A stretch of 64,000 nt of DNA from Flavobacteriales bacterium. GTDB taxonomy: Bacteria; Pseudomonadota; Gammaproteobacteria; Enterobacterales; Alteromonadaceae. Of this stretch, positions 28,123 through 38,003 are shown one piece after another (within the stretch, counting starts at the first letter, position 1; the number at the start of each line of letters is the position of its first letter). The stretch is from the NCBI GenBank assembly GCA_051276225.1, contig JBNMPD010000001.1:7502-71501 (forward strand), given 5' to 3'. A program made the position numbers and the translations under genes. The notes below the pieces were generated by a model that was given only the letters and a program-made list of their open reading frames with translations, did not search any database and was not told where the DNA came from.

Positions 28123-29613
28123 ATGACAATTGTAGGCCATTTTATAAACGGTGAATTGCTAACAGAAAGTGAACGCACCCAAGATGTGTTCAACCCTGCA
28201 ACCGGTAAAGCAGATAAAAAAGTAGCATTGGCTTCACAAAAAACCATAGAACGTGCCATTGAATGTGCACAGGCAGCATTTCCTCAATGGCGTAACACGC
28301 CAGTTATCAAGCGTGCTCGGGTTATGTTTCGCTTTAAAGAGCTGTTGGAACGAGACGCTGACAGTATTGTGAAGCTTATTGGTGAAGAACACGGAAAAAT
28401 TTGCCATGACGCTGCTGGTGAATTGCAACGCGGTATCGAAAATGTAGAGTTTGCTTGTGGGGCGCCTGAATTACTCAAAGGTGAGTACAGTAAAAATGTA
28501 GGGCCTAACATTGACTCTTGGAGTGAATTTCAGCCGCTAGGCGTAGTTGCAGGTATTACACCGTTTAACTTTCCTGCCATGGTACCGATGTGGATGTTTC
28601 CACTAGCCATCGTTTGCGGTAATACTTTTATACTTAAGCCTTCAGAGCGTTCTCCTAGCTCAACACTTTATATTGCACGATTGCTAAAAGAAGCGGGTTT
28701 ACCTGACGGTGTGATGAATGTTGTTAATGGTGACAAAGAAGCCGTTGATGTGTTGCTAAGCGATCAGCGTGTTAAAGCGGTTAGCTTTGTTGGTTCGACT
28801 CCTATTGCAGAACATATATATGCCACGGCCAGTGCCAACGGCAAACGGTGTCAAGCATTAGGTGGAGCAAAAAATCACGCAATAGTGATGCCTGATGCAG
28901 ATATGGATAATACGGTTAATCAACTGCTGGGCGCTGCCTTTGGTTCATCTGGTGAACGTTGTATGGCGTTATCAGTCGCTGTTGCTGTAGGCGATGACGC
29001 GGGCGATGCATTAATCAGTAAAATGACTGAAGCGATGAAAGGCTTAAGCGTGGGTGTTCATAGTGATCCCAGTAACGATTTTGGTCCTTTAATCACTCGT
29101 CAACATCAAGAAAAAGTGGTTGGGTACATCAACAGTGCTGAGCATCAAGGTGCAAAAATAGTGGTTGATGGTCGTAAACCACAGGTAATGGGTTTCCCAG
29201 ATGGTTTTTTTGTAGGTGCCACTTTAATCGATAGTGTTACCTCTGATATGGACAGCTACAAAGCAGAAATTTTTGGGCCTGTATTGCAAGTGATCCGTGT
29301 GAAAACTATGGAAGAGGCAATGCAGTTAATCAACGATCATGAATACGGTAATGGCACCTGTATTTTTACCCGTGATGGTGAAGCTGCTCGATACTTTTCA
29401 GATCATATTCAAGTCGGTATGGTGGGCATTAATGTGCCTCTACCGGTGCCAGTTGCTTATCATAGCTTTGGTGGATGGAAGCGCTCGTTGTTTGGTGATC
29501 TTAGCGCCTATGGCCCTGATGGTGTACGTTTCTATACAAAACGTAAAACCATTACTCAGCGTTGGCCATCAAGCGGTGTTAGAGAAGGATCCTCGTTTTC
29601 ATTCCCAAGCTAA
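28123..29613 (+). CDS. mmsA: CoA-acylating (methyl)malonate-semialdehyde dehydrogenase
   Basis: ITPFNFPAMVPMW, GGAKNH, GERCMALS, EIFGPV. Confidence 0.93.
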   Translation: MTIVGHFINGELLTESERTQDVFNPATGKADKKVALASQKTIERAIECAQAAFPQWRNTPVIKRARVMFRFKELLERDADSIVKLIGEEHGKICHDAAGELQRGIENVEFACGAPELLKGEYSKNVGPNIDSWSEFQPLGVVAGITPFNFPAMVPMWMFPLAIVCGNTFILKPSERSPSSTLYIARLLKEAGLPDGVMNVVNGDKEAVDVLLSDQRVKAVSFVGSTPIAEHIYATASANGKRCQALGGAKNHAIVMPDADMDNTVNQLLGAAFGSSGERCMALSVAVAVGDDAGDALISKMTEAMKGLSVGVHSDPSNDFGPLITRQHQEKVVGYINSAEHQGAKIVVDGRKPQVMGFPDGFFVGATLIDSVTSDMDSYKAEIFGPVLQVIRVKTMEEAMQLINDHEYGNGTCIFTRDGEAARYFSDHIQVGMVGINVPLPVPVAYHSFGGWKRSLFGDLSAYGPDGVRFYTKRKTITQRWPSSGVREGSSFSFPS

Positions 29614-29842
29614 GGGGCCTTAATTAAATAAAATTAATTGAACAAAATATTAGGTTAAGAAACCAAGCCAACTCTTTTTAGTTGGCGATAACCGAATTAA
29701 TCATCATCAAGTTGATGTATAACTAATTTTCTTTATAGTGCCTGTTAATGGGTGTTGAAAGACTAAAGGTAAAAATAGATAGTAGTTAAGATGTATTTAT
29801 TTACCTTCACTTTAAGACAAGAGCATACTGATGCTAACCTCA

Positions 29843-29878
29843 CTAAGATTGACATTATGTTAATAACGTCAGTCCTAG
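29843..29878. promoter_or_regulatory. Imperfect inverted repeat upstream of dctP
   Basis: CTAAGATTGACATTAT...ATAACGTCAGTCCTAG (13 of 16 positions complementary). Confidence 0.4.
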
Positions 29879-29909
29879 CTTATAAAATTAATTATAGAGG
29901 CTTAAAATA

Positions 29910-30947
29910 GTGCTAAAAATCGTGTCGAAAAAAATCATACCTATTCTAAACAAACAGATGAGCATTTTAGTGTTTTTTACTGTGTTGTTTGTGTCACCAA
30001 TCAATACTGCAATAGCTAAAAGTAAGTTTATATTCACCCAGTCTTATAACACTGAACATATTTTCCACCACACTTCCCAGAAATTCATAGAAAAACTTAA
30101 CAATAAAGATGCCTTATATAAACCCGATTATCACCCAGGTGGAGATTTGGGTGACTGGACCTCACAGTTTGAGCAAGCAATGTTAGGGGTGATCCCCATG
30201 ACTATTACTTATGGCGCATCTGAATTTGATGGTCGATTAGATTTAACTTGGCTTGGTTATGTGGTTGATAACTGGGAAAGTGCTCATAAAGTGTATGGGC
30301 CCGGTGGCCCCATGATTGATGTTTATAATGAAATTTTTTCTGATTTGGATCTGATTGCTCTAGGTACAATTCCCACTGGTTTTGGATCCATAACGATCAG
30401 TAAAGGGGTTGGTAAAGTCCCGACGCGTTTTCCTGAAGATGCTAAAGGTATTAAAATGCGGGTTATCCCGTCACCATTGGCCATTCAACGTTTCCAAAAT
30501 TGGGGGTTTTCCGCTGTTCCAATGCCATATTCAGAATTATACACTGCGTTACAGTTAGGCACTGTTGATGGGAGGGCATTTGGTCCAGCTGTAGAGATAT
30601 ATCAAATGCGTGATGTGCTGGAATCTTACATTCTGACACGTGATTATTTTGAACATGCATTCTGGCTAGTAAATAAACAGTGGTGGGAAGGACTTCCTGA
30701 AGCGGAAAGAAATAAAATGCAATCCGCAGTGGATGAAACCCTACAATGGGTGTGGCAAGAAGCAGAATCTATTGATAACGGTTTTTTAGAGAAAGTACGA
30801 GAAGCAGGCATTAACATCATTGAATTATCAGATGAAGATCTCGCTAAAGCTAAAGGGATCTTATATAAAAATGAGTGGCCCTATATGGAAGAAAAAGTGG
30901 GCACTGATATCATGAAATTAGTGCGTGATATCGCTGATATAAGATAA
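29910..30947 (+). CDS. dctP: TRAP transporter solute-binding protein DctP
   Basis: Signal peptide; KGIKMRV (conserved Arg); PMPYSELYTALQLGTVDG. Confidence 0.92.
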   Translation: MLKIVSKKIIPILNKQMSILVFFTVLFVSPINTAIAKSKFIFTQSYNTEHIFHHTSQKFIEKLNNKDALYKPDYHPGGDLGDWTSQFEQAMLGVIPMTITYGASEFDGRLDLTWLGYVVDNWESAHKVYGPGGPMIDVYNEIFSDLDLIALGTIPTGFGSITISKGVGKVPTRFPEDAKGIKMRVIPSPLAIQRFQNWGFSAVPMPYSELYTALQLGTVDGRAFGPAVEIYQMRDVLESYILTRDYFEHAFWLVNKQWWEGLPEAERNKMQSAVDETLQWVWQEAESIDNGFLEKVREAGINIIELSDEDLAKAKGILYKNEWPYMEEKVGTDIMKLVRDIADIR

Positions 30948-31021
30948 TACTTATTAGGCTCTCTAAGGCTTAAAATATTGATTATTTAGGCTTAATTTCC
31001 TGTGATAAAGAAGACATATTT

Positions 31022-31606
31022 ATGAATATTAAAAAAGCAGCAACACCCAGTTCGTCTCATCAGATAGATACGCCTGCTAATTCAGAGCCCCCAATATTAC
31101 AAACAATACAATTTGTAATCGATTATTGCCTTCGTGGTGCGATGGTCTTTACCGGATTAGGATTAGCCATATTAATGTTTACGCAAGTTATCATGCGATA
31201 TGTGCTTGAGTCTCCTTTTGCTGGTATTGAAGAAGCGGCTATTTTACTGGCTGTCTGGGTCTCCTTCTTAGGTATGGGTTATGCCACTAAACAACGTTCG
31301 CACATTCATGGAGGTATTGTGGGTTTGATTGTTTCTGACCCTTTTAAAATTTCCCTGCTGCGTTTATTTGTTTCCATAATCTGTTTAATCACCGCCTGTG
31401 TTTTTGGATACTTTGCTACCAAGTACGGCTTATTTGTTATTGAGAAACAACGAATGAGTTTATACCTGCAATGGCCAAAAGGGCTATGGACGGCGAGTAT
31501 GGTCTTCGGTTTTTTATTGATGGCGGGCTATTTTTTATTGCAAGCCGTTAAAGATTTGCGCGAAACGTTAGTGATTAAAGAGCAATCACATAATAATAAG
31601 GGTTAA
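31022..31606 (+). CDS. dctQ: TRAP transporter small permease DctQ
   Basis: 4 TM helices; QVIMRY, EE and SHI motifs. Confidence 0.9.
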   Translation: MNIKKAATPSSSHQIDTPANSEPPILQTIQFVIDYCLRGAMVFTGLGLAILMFTQVIMRYVLESPFAGIEEAAILLAVWVSFLGMGYATKQRSHIHGGIVGLIVSDPFKISLLRLFVSIICLITACVFGYFATKYGLFVIEKQRMSLYLQWPKGLWTASMVFGFLLMAGYFLLQAVKDLRETLVIKEQSHNNKG

Positions 31607-31612
31607 CAGACT

Positions 31613-32917
31613 ATGACTATTTTCCTGTTATGTATGCTGGTTATTGTTGTTCTATTATTGATTGAAACGCCTGTTGCCTTCGCCTTTGGTTTTGGTGCGT
31701 TATTATTTACGTTTACGACCGGTAATGACATTTCATATTTAGCGACCCATGGCTTTAATTTAGCCAGTGGATTTGCACTTTTAGCGCTACCATTATTTAT
31801 TTTAGCTGGGATATTAATGGCAGAAGGAGGGATATCAGAGCGATTACTTGATTTTGTTAATTCAATAGTTGGCCGAGTTAAAGGGGGATTAGGTGCAGTA
31901 ACCGTGGTGACCTGTGCACTTTTTGGTGCAATATCGGGTAGTTCATCGGCTTCTATTGCCGCAATTGGACAGATCATGATCCCGCGCATGAAAAAAGAAG
32001 GATACCCTGAAGGTCACGCCACAGCCTTGGTTGCCTGTTCATCTGTTTTGGCCTTATTGATCCCGCCTAGTATTCCCATGATTATCTTTTCTATCACGGG
32101 AGGTTTATCGGTTGGAGCGGCGTTTTTATCGACCATTATTCCAGGCATCATGTTAACTATTATATACTGTGGATTGAACTTTTGGTTTTTGCGTAATAAT
32201 ACCGACATTAAAGTTGAACCTGCTCTTCCCTTCAAACAAGCAGTGCGCGGTGTGGTTCACTCAGGTAATAAAGCATTCTTTGCGTTATTAATGCCCATTA
32301 TTATTTTAGGTGCTATTTATAGTGGCATTGCAACACCGACTGAAGCGGCGGCCATTGCAGTCATATATGCGATTCCGGTCAGTCTTATGATTTATAAAGG
32401 GCTAACGTTTAAAACACTCGGTAGTGCAACGGTTCGGGCCGTTGTGATGACTGGCTCTATCATGGCCGTTTTATTCTTTTTGTTTATTATGAGCCGAGCC
32501 ATGATCCTTGAACAAGTCCCTAAGCAGATTGCTGAAGCTTTATTGGATATTTCAGAACATAAGTTAGTTATCCTATTGGTCATTAACCTGTTGCTGCTGC
32601 TTATTGGGATGATTGTTGATGATATTTCTGGAGGTGTACTCGCCGCGATTATTTTCTTACCTATAGTCACAGAACTGGGTATTCACCCTATTCATTTTGC
32701 CGCTATTGTGGGTGTAAACTTGGGCCTAGGTAACGTTTCACCTCCTTGTGCGCCTATGTTATACATGGCAGGAGGGGTGGCTAAATTACCTCTTAATAAA
32801 TATATTGTCCCCACCGTTAAGTTACTATTTTTTGGTCATTTACCTATGGTGTTATTAGTGACCTTTGTTCCTGATTTAGCCTTGTATTTACCGCGTTTAC
32901 TGATGGGGATTGAATAA
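31613..32917 (+). CDS. dctM: TRAP transporter large permease DctM
   Basis: LALPLFILAG, FGAISGSS, LIPPSIPMI, TPTEAAA, GNVSPP. Confidence 0.94.
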   Translation: MTIFLLCMLVIVVLLLIETPVAFAFGFGALLFTFTTGNDISYLATHGFNLASGFALLALPLFILAGILMAEGGISERLLDFVNSIVGRVKGGLGAVTVVTCALFGAISGSSSASIAAIGQIMIPRMKKEGYPEGHATALVACSSVLALLIPPSIPMIIFSITGGLSVGAAFLSTIIPGIMLTIIYCGLNFWFLRNNTDIKVEPALPFKQAVRGVVHSGNKAFFALLMPIIILGAIYSGIATPTEAAAIAVIYAIPVSLMIYKGLTFKTLGSATVRAVVMTGSIMAVLFFLFIMSRAMILEQVPKQIAEALLDISEHKLVILLVINLLLLLIGMIVDDISGGVLAAIIFLPIVTELGIHPIHFAAIVGVNLGLGNVSPPCAPMLYMAGGVAKLPLNKYIVPTVKLLFFGHLPMVLLVTFVPDLALYLPRLLMGIE

Positions 32918-33084
32918 GTTTATACACTGCTATCAACACGTATCAATTCATTAGCAATAAGTTAAGTGCGTTAAGTGTGTAAAGAACTGATGACCAAAGC
33001 TAGTTAAACAGATAAATAAATTTTGTATGCTTAGCAAACTTTGGTCTTCCTTCAAGCTTATTGGTAGAATAGGGTGAATCAATT

Positions 33085-33291
33085 TTGAATGAATTTACTA
33101 TGACCATCCCACTGCCTGTTGTCCAATCCCCCTGTATCGGAAGTTGTTGTCTTGATGATAAAGATATGTGTTTGGGATGTTTTAGAATGATAGATGAAAT
33201 ATTAATTTGGAGTAAAGTGAGTTCAAAGCAGCAGATTGATATTATACAAGCATGTAGCATCCGTCAGCAGAAAAAAATCAAAGCACTTTAG
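33085..33291 (+). CDS. DUF1289 family small Cys-rich protein
   Basis: SPCIGSCCLD...CLGCFRMIDEILIW. ATG 33100 is an alternative start. Confidence 0.85.
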   Translation: MNEFTMTIPLPVVQSPCIGSCCLDDKDMCLGCFRMIDEILIWSKVSSKQQIDIIQACSIRQQKKIKAL

Positions 33292-33294
33292 GTT

Positions 33295-34233
33295 ATGCAT
33301 ATTACATTAGCCCCGATGGAAGGGGTTGTTGATCACTTAATGCGAGACATGTTGACTCAAGTGGGTGGATTTGACTTGTGTGTGACGGAATTTTTCAGGA
33401 TCGTTGATCAACTAATGCCTAAGCGAGTATTTTACCGCTTATGTCCTGAATTACATCATCAAGGTTTCACACCTAACGGTGTGCCAGTCAAAATACAGTT
33501 GTTAGGTCAGCATGCTGATTGGTTAGCAGAAAATGCCTTCCGAGCAGTTGAATTAGGGTCCCATGGTATTGATCTTAACTTCGGTTGTCCTGCGAAAACA
33601 GTTAATAAAAGTAAAGGTGGGGCAGTATTACTGCGTGAACCTGAAACGATTTATAAAATTGTCAGGGCTGTGCGCCTAGCTGTCCCTAAAGAACAAACGG
33701 TCAGTGCCAAAATGCGTTTGGGTTTCGACGATACCTCTTTGGCAATAGCCAATGCACAGGCGATTGCCGATGCTGGGGCTGATTCATTAGTTATTCATGC
33801 GCGAACTAAAGTAGATGGTTATAAGCCACCTGCTTACTGGGACTGGATTGCGAAGATAAAGCGACATGTAGATATTCCTATTGTGGCAAACGGTGAAATT
33901 TGGAACGAGAAGGACGCGCGAAGTTGTCAACAGCAATCACAATGCGAAAATATCATGTTGGGGCGTGGTGTTTTAGCTATGCCTAATTTGGCGCAGGTGA
34001 TAAAAAGTAATGAGCAGTATATGCCATGGGAACAAGTTAAGAATTTGCTGGTGCAGTATTCAGGTTACGAACTATTTGGCGATAAGGGTAAATACTATCC
34101 TAATCGGGTGAAGCAATGGTTAGGTTACTTGAGTCGTCAATATCCAGAAGCTAAGGCGTTATTTATGCGTATTCGTGCCTTAAAAAGTGCGGATGATATT
34201 CTGCAAGAGATCTCACTAGAGAACCAATCCTAG
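33295..34233 (+). CDS. dusC: tRNA dihydrouridine(16) synthase DusC
   Basis: LAPMEGV, DLNFGCPAKTVN, HARTKVDGYKPPA, RVKQWL. Confidence 0.93.
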   Translation: MHITLAPMEGVVDHLMRDMLTQVGGFDLCVTEFFRIVDQLMPKRVFYRLCPELHHQGFTPNGVPVKIQLLGQHADWLAENAFRAVELGSHGIDLNFGCPAKTVNKSKGGAVLLREPETIYKIVRAVRLAVPKEQTVSAKMRLGFDDTSLAIANAQAIADAGADSLVIHARTKVDGYKPPAYWDWIAKIKRHVDIPIVANGEIWNEKDARSCQQQSQCENIMLGRGVLAMPNLAQVIKSNEQYMPWEQVKNLLVQYSGYELFGDKGKYYPNRVKQWLGYLSRQYPEAKALFMRIRALKSADDILQEISLENQS

Positions 34234-34324
34234 TAAATTTATGTGTATCTGATTAGGATAACCCTAGTTAGCGAAGTTAGAATCATTGCTCCATAATATT
34301 AAAAACATAGTCTCGGAGGAAAAC

Positions 34325-35749
34325 ATGGAAATTTTAGAAAATAAGCGACAGCTTTTTAAATTAGCGGCTGTTGTCGGTTTATTTGCCTTAGTAGGTTGCT
34401 CAGACTCAGGCAAAAATAAAGCCGAAAATCCAGCGTTTCATATCAATCAAAATCCTTTTCCAAGCACTTATAAACCTATTGCTAGCAAAAGTGTTTTAAT
34501 TACTAATGCAACCATTTTAGATGGGGTAGGTGGTGTTTTTAATGACAGTTCGGTGTTGTTACAAGATGGCAAAATTGTTGCTATAGGAAACGATTTATCT
34601 GTTCCTGATGATAGTGTGATTATAGATGCTAAAGGGAAATGGGTCACTCCCGGTATTATCGATGTACATAGCCATTTAGGCGTGTATCCCGCTCCTGGTG
34701 GAACAGCGCATTCTGATGGTAACGAGGCGACTAACCCTGTCACAGCAGAAGTCTGGGCTGAACACTCTATTTGGCCACAAGATGCTGGCTTTCAGCGCGC
34801 CTTAGCCGGTGGTGTTACCGTGATGCAAATTTTACCAGGCTCTGCCAATTTAGTGGGCGGACGAGGTGTGACAGTCAAAAATTTGCCAGGTACAACCGTG
34901 CAAGATATGAAATTTCCTGACTCCCCTTATGGTATGAAGATGGCCTGCGGAGAAAACCCCAAAAGGGTATACGGCAAAAAAGGTGGGCCCTCTACTCGAA
35001 TGGGGAACGTGGCCGGTTATAGGCAAGCCTGGGCTGATGCGCAAGATTATCAACGCACCTGGGATAAATATTATGCTGCTCATGAAGCAGGTAAAAAAGA
35101 CGCTAAAGTACCTAAACGTGATCTAAAGCTTGAAACCTTAGCCTTAGTATTAAAAGGTGAAATTCTAGTACATATGCATTGTTACCGTGCTGACGATATG
35201 GGCACTATGCTCGATGTAATGAAAGAATTTAATTATAAAATTGCGGCGTTTCACCATGCAGTTGAGTCTTATAAAATGGCTGACCAATTAGCACAAGCAG
35301 GGGTGTGTTCAGCAATGTGGGCCGATTGGTGGGGCTTTAAATTTGAAGCTTATGACGGAATCCAAGAAAACATACCTATGGTCCATGCTGCTAAAGCCTG
35401 CGCGATAGTGCATTCTGATAGTGATTTGGGTATTCAAAGATTAAATCAAGAAGCGGCCAAAGCGTGGGCCAATGGTCGCAGAGCTGGAATTGATATTAGC
35501 CAAGCAGAAGCGTGGCAATGGTTATCAGCTAACCCTGCCAAGTCTTTAGGTATATTTGAACAAACAGGCTCTTTGGAAAAAGGTAAAAATGCTGATGTGG
35601 TAATTTGGACAGCTGATCCCTTTTCAACCTATGCCCAAGCAGAACATGTTTATTTAGACGGAGCGCTAATCTATGACCGAAATGAGCCTGCTTCATGGCC
35701 AGTGAGTGATTTTGAGCTAGGACAACCCGGTGAAGGAGACAGCAAATGA
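34325..35749 (+). CDS. Lipoprotein metal-dependent amidohydrolase (metal ligands intact)
   Basis: GGAGGA RBS; lipobox LVGC; IDVHSH, KMACGENPK, HMHCY, HHAVE, HSDS. Confidence 0.88.
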   Translation: MEILENKRQLFKLAAVVGLFALVGCSDSGKNKAENPAFHINQNPFPSTYKPIASKSVLITNATILDGVGGVFNDSSVLLQDGKIVAIGNDLSVPDDSVIIDAKGKWVTPGIIDVHSHLGVYPAPGGTAHSDGNEATNPVTAEVWAEHSIWPQDAGFQRALAGGVTVMQILPGSANLVGGRGVTVKNLPGTTVQDMKFPDSPYGMKMACGENPKRVYGKKGGPSTRMGNVAGYRQAWADAQDYQRTWDKYYAAHEAGKKDAKVPKRDLKLETLALVLKGEILVHMHCYRADDMGTMLDVMKEFNYKIAAFHHAVESYKMADQLAQAGVCSAMWADWWGFKFEAYDGIQENIPMVHAAKACAIVHSDSDLGIQRLNQEAAKAWANGRRAGIDISQAEAWQWLSANPAKSLGIFEQTGSLEKGKNADVVIWTADPFSTYAQAEHVYLDGALIYDRNEPASWPVSDFELGQPGEGDSK

Positions 35750-37026
35750 ACAAACTAATCACATTTACATTGCTTGGCAGTATGTTGTTAACTCAACTAG
35801 TTGATGCTAAAAGCATCGCTATTGTGGGGGCTAAGGTGCATACCATGTCATCGCAAGGCACCCTTGATAATGCCACTGTACTGATAAAAGATGGCAAGAT
35901 CCAAAGCGTCATAGAAGGAAAGCCTGCATTAGCTGGATACGAAATTATCGTTGCAAACGGTAAGGTAGTGACGCCCGGTTTAATCGGTGCAAGCACTACT
36001 CTGGGATTAGTTGATGTAGGCTTTTCTGGAGGCACAAATGACAGTAATTCTAGTCTGACCAGTATTTCAAAAACTGGTGCGGCGTTTGATGTGTCTTATG
36101 CTATCAATCCTGATTCATCGTTAATGGCGATTGCTCGGATTGAAGGCGTAACAACTGCAGCCACCTCAATGGGTCGCACCGGGCAACTGTTTAACGGTCA
36201 AGGCGCTTTGATTTCTTTAGGCGATGTCAGCGAATCAGTGATCAAAGCAAGAGCATTTATTAGCACTAGGGTAGGTAACAGTGGTGCTGATACAATAGGA
36301 GGCTCTCGAAGTGTACTTTGGGTTAGTCTTGAAAAAGCGCTCGCTGAAGCTAAGTTTGCGATTGGTAAATCTCTGACTCCAAGTGATGAGTGGCATGGTG
36401 AATTGAGTCGAGCTGATATTGCGGCATTAGTGCCTATTGTTAAGGGTGAAATACCACTTTTAGTCGATGCCCGCAGGGCCGCTGATATTCGTCAAGTTAT
36501 TGCTTTGAAACAACGCCAACCTAAATTGAATATTGTGATTACCTATGCAACTGAAGGTTGGCGAGTAGCTAAAGAATTGGCAGATAACAATATTCCAGTG
36601 ATCCTTGATCCTGAAGCAAACTTACCTTTTGGTTTTGATCAGTTAGGTTCAACTCTTAAAAATGCCGGTAGATTAGCCGCGGTCGGTGTTAATGTTAGCA
36701 TTGGAATAGAGACCCATAATATTCGCTTGGCAAGACAACACGCAGGTAATGCCGTCGCCAATGGATTAACTTGGGACCAAGGCCTAGCGGCCTTAACCAT
36801 CAACGTGGCTAAACTTTATGGTATCGATGATAAGTTAGGCAGTCTAGAAGCTGGAAAATTAGCTGATGTAGTTATTTGGTCTGGCGATCCTCTTGAAGTG
36901 ACTGAGGCAGCCGAATGGGTATTGATTGCAGGAGAACCTATCGAAATGCAATCTAGGCAAAGTAAACTAAGAGACCGCTATTTAAAATTACAAACTGATC
37001 AACCCATGCAGTATGTTCGCCCTTAG
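35746..37026 (+). CDS. Exported amidohydrolase-fold protein lacking metal ligands
   Basis: ATGA overlap with the upstream gene; signal peptide; TPGLIGASTT replaces the HxH motif; GSLEAGKLADVVIW retained. Confidence 0.85.
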   Translation: MNKLITFTLLGSMLLTQLVDAKSIAIVGAKVHTMSSQGTLDNATVLIKDGKIQSVIEGKPALAGYEIIVANGKVVTPGLIGASTTLGLVDVGFSGGTNDSNSSLTSISKTGAAFDVSYAINPDSSLMAIARIEGVTTAATSMGRTGQLFNGQGALISLGDVSESVIKARAFISTRVGNSGADTIGGSRSVLWVSLEKALAEAKFAIGKSLTPSDEWHGELSRADIAALVPIVKGEIPLLVDARRAADIRQVIALKQRQPKLNIVITYATEGWRVAKELADNNIPVILDPEANLPFGFDQLGSTLKNAGRLAAVGVNVSIGIETHNIRLARQHAGNAVANGLTWDQGLAALTINVAKLYGIDDKLGSLEAGKLADVVIWSGDPLEVTEAAEWVLIAGEPIEMQSRQSKLRDRYLKLQTDQPMQYVRP

Positions 37027-37058
37027 CTAAGGCTTGAGCAGCTAGGTTTATAGACAAT

Positions 37059-37090
37059 AAAAAACCGAGTTAACTTACTCGGTTTTTTTT
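37059..37090. terminator. Bidirectional intrinsic terminator
   Basis: A6-CCGAGT-TAACTT-ACTCGG-T8 between convergent genes. Confidence 0.9.
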
Positions 37091-37100
37091 GATTTACGTT

Positions 37101-37286
37101 TTATACGCTAACATCAACCAAGGAGCCAACTCGCTGGCCTTGCTCTGAAGACGTGGACTGACTATCTTGCACTGCCGGTGTTTCTAGTGCGGCTTGCTGT
37201 TCAGCTCGATTGACCTGCTGTACAGAGCCTGTTTGAGTGGGGGCAGTCTGCGCAAGTGAACCAGCTCCTGATGAACTAATTTCCAT
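37101..37286 (-). CDS. Small low-complexity protein with a C-terminal GSLVDVSV motif
   Basis: AGGAG RBS before ATG; ends just before the terminator. Confidence 0.72.
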   Translation of the reverse strand: MEISSSGAGSLAQTAPTQTGSVQQVNRAEQQAALETPAVQDSQSTSSEQGQRVGSLVDVSV

Positions 37287-37360
37287 ACCGTACTCCTATT
37301 CTTATCAGAATGAATTCTAGAAAATACATATTTTATTCTAGATGGTTATTTTTTATTTCG

Positions 37361-38002
37361 CTAGGGAAAAATAATATTACCTAATATCTTTTGCATATCT
37401 CTTGCTATGATAATTTGTGCTTCCGCATTTGGATGAATACCATCTCTTTGCATCAAACTTTTATCTAAGGCAATGGTTTCTAAAAAGAAAGGAAGCATTA
37501 TCACAGCATGCTTTGCAGCCAGCTGTGCATAACTAGTAGTAAACATTTGGGTGTATCTTTTACCGTAATTAGTCGGTATTTGCATTTGTTGCAAAATGAC
37601 TTTTACCTCATTTGATTGAGATAACTGTATGATTTTGTCTAAATTGTTACGCATTTTGCTCACTGGGTGACCTTGCAAGCCATCGTTGCCACCTAGTTCA
37701 ATAAATATATGAGTGGGTTTATGTTGCTCTAATAGTCTTGGCAATCTTGCAAGCGCCCCATCTGTCGTTTCACCGCTGATGGCTGCGTTAACAATGTTGA
37801 TATTTTCACTTTGCCACGCATCTTGTAACAAACTTACCCAGCCTTGCTCTTGCTTTAGGCCGTAGGCAGCACTTAGGCTATCGCCTAGAATAAGCAATTT
37901 GGTTTCTTTAGCCTGTAACTGATCTGAAATCAGCAGTAAGGGTATAAGGATCAATATTAAATAAATTTTATTTCGTAACGAAATGGTATTAAGAAACAGC
38001 AC
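37361..38002 (-). CDS. tesA: Arylesterase / acyl-CoA thioesterase I (SGNH family)
   Basis: GDSLSAAYG, ELGGNDGL, DGIHPN. Start is uncertain; head-to-head with ybbA as in E. coli. Confidence 0.92.
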   Translation of the reverse strand: MLFLNTISLRNKIYLILILIPLLLISDQLQAKETKLLILGDSLSAAYGLKQEQGWVSLLQDAWQSENINIVNAAISGETTDGALARLPRLLEQHKPTHIFIELGGNDGLQGHPVSKMRNNLDKIIQLSQSNEVKVILQQMQIPTNYGKRYTQMFTTSYAQLAAKHAVIMLPFFLETIALDKSLMQRDGIHPNAEAQIIIARDMQKILGNIIFP

Positions 38003-38003
38003 T

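Noticed and set aside
37287-37345. Sigma28 promoter for the 61-aa protein
   Set aside because: TCTGATAA resembles GCCGATAA, but TAAA is 22 nt away rather than 15.
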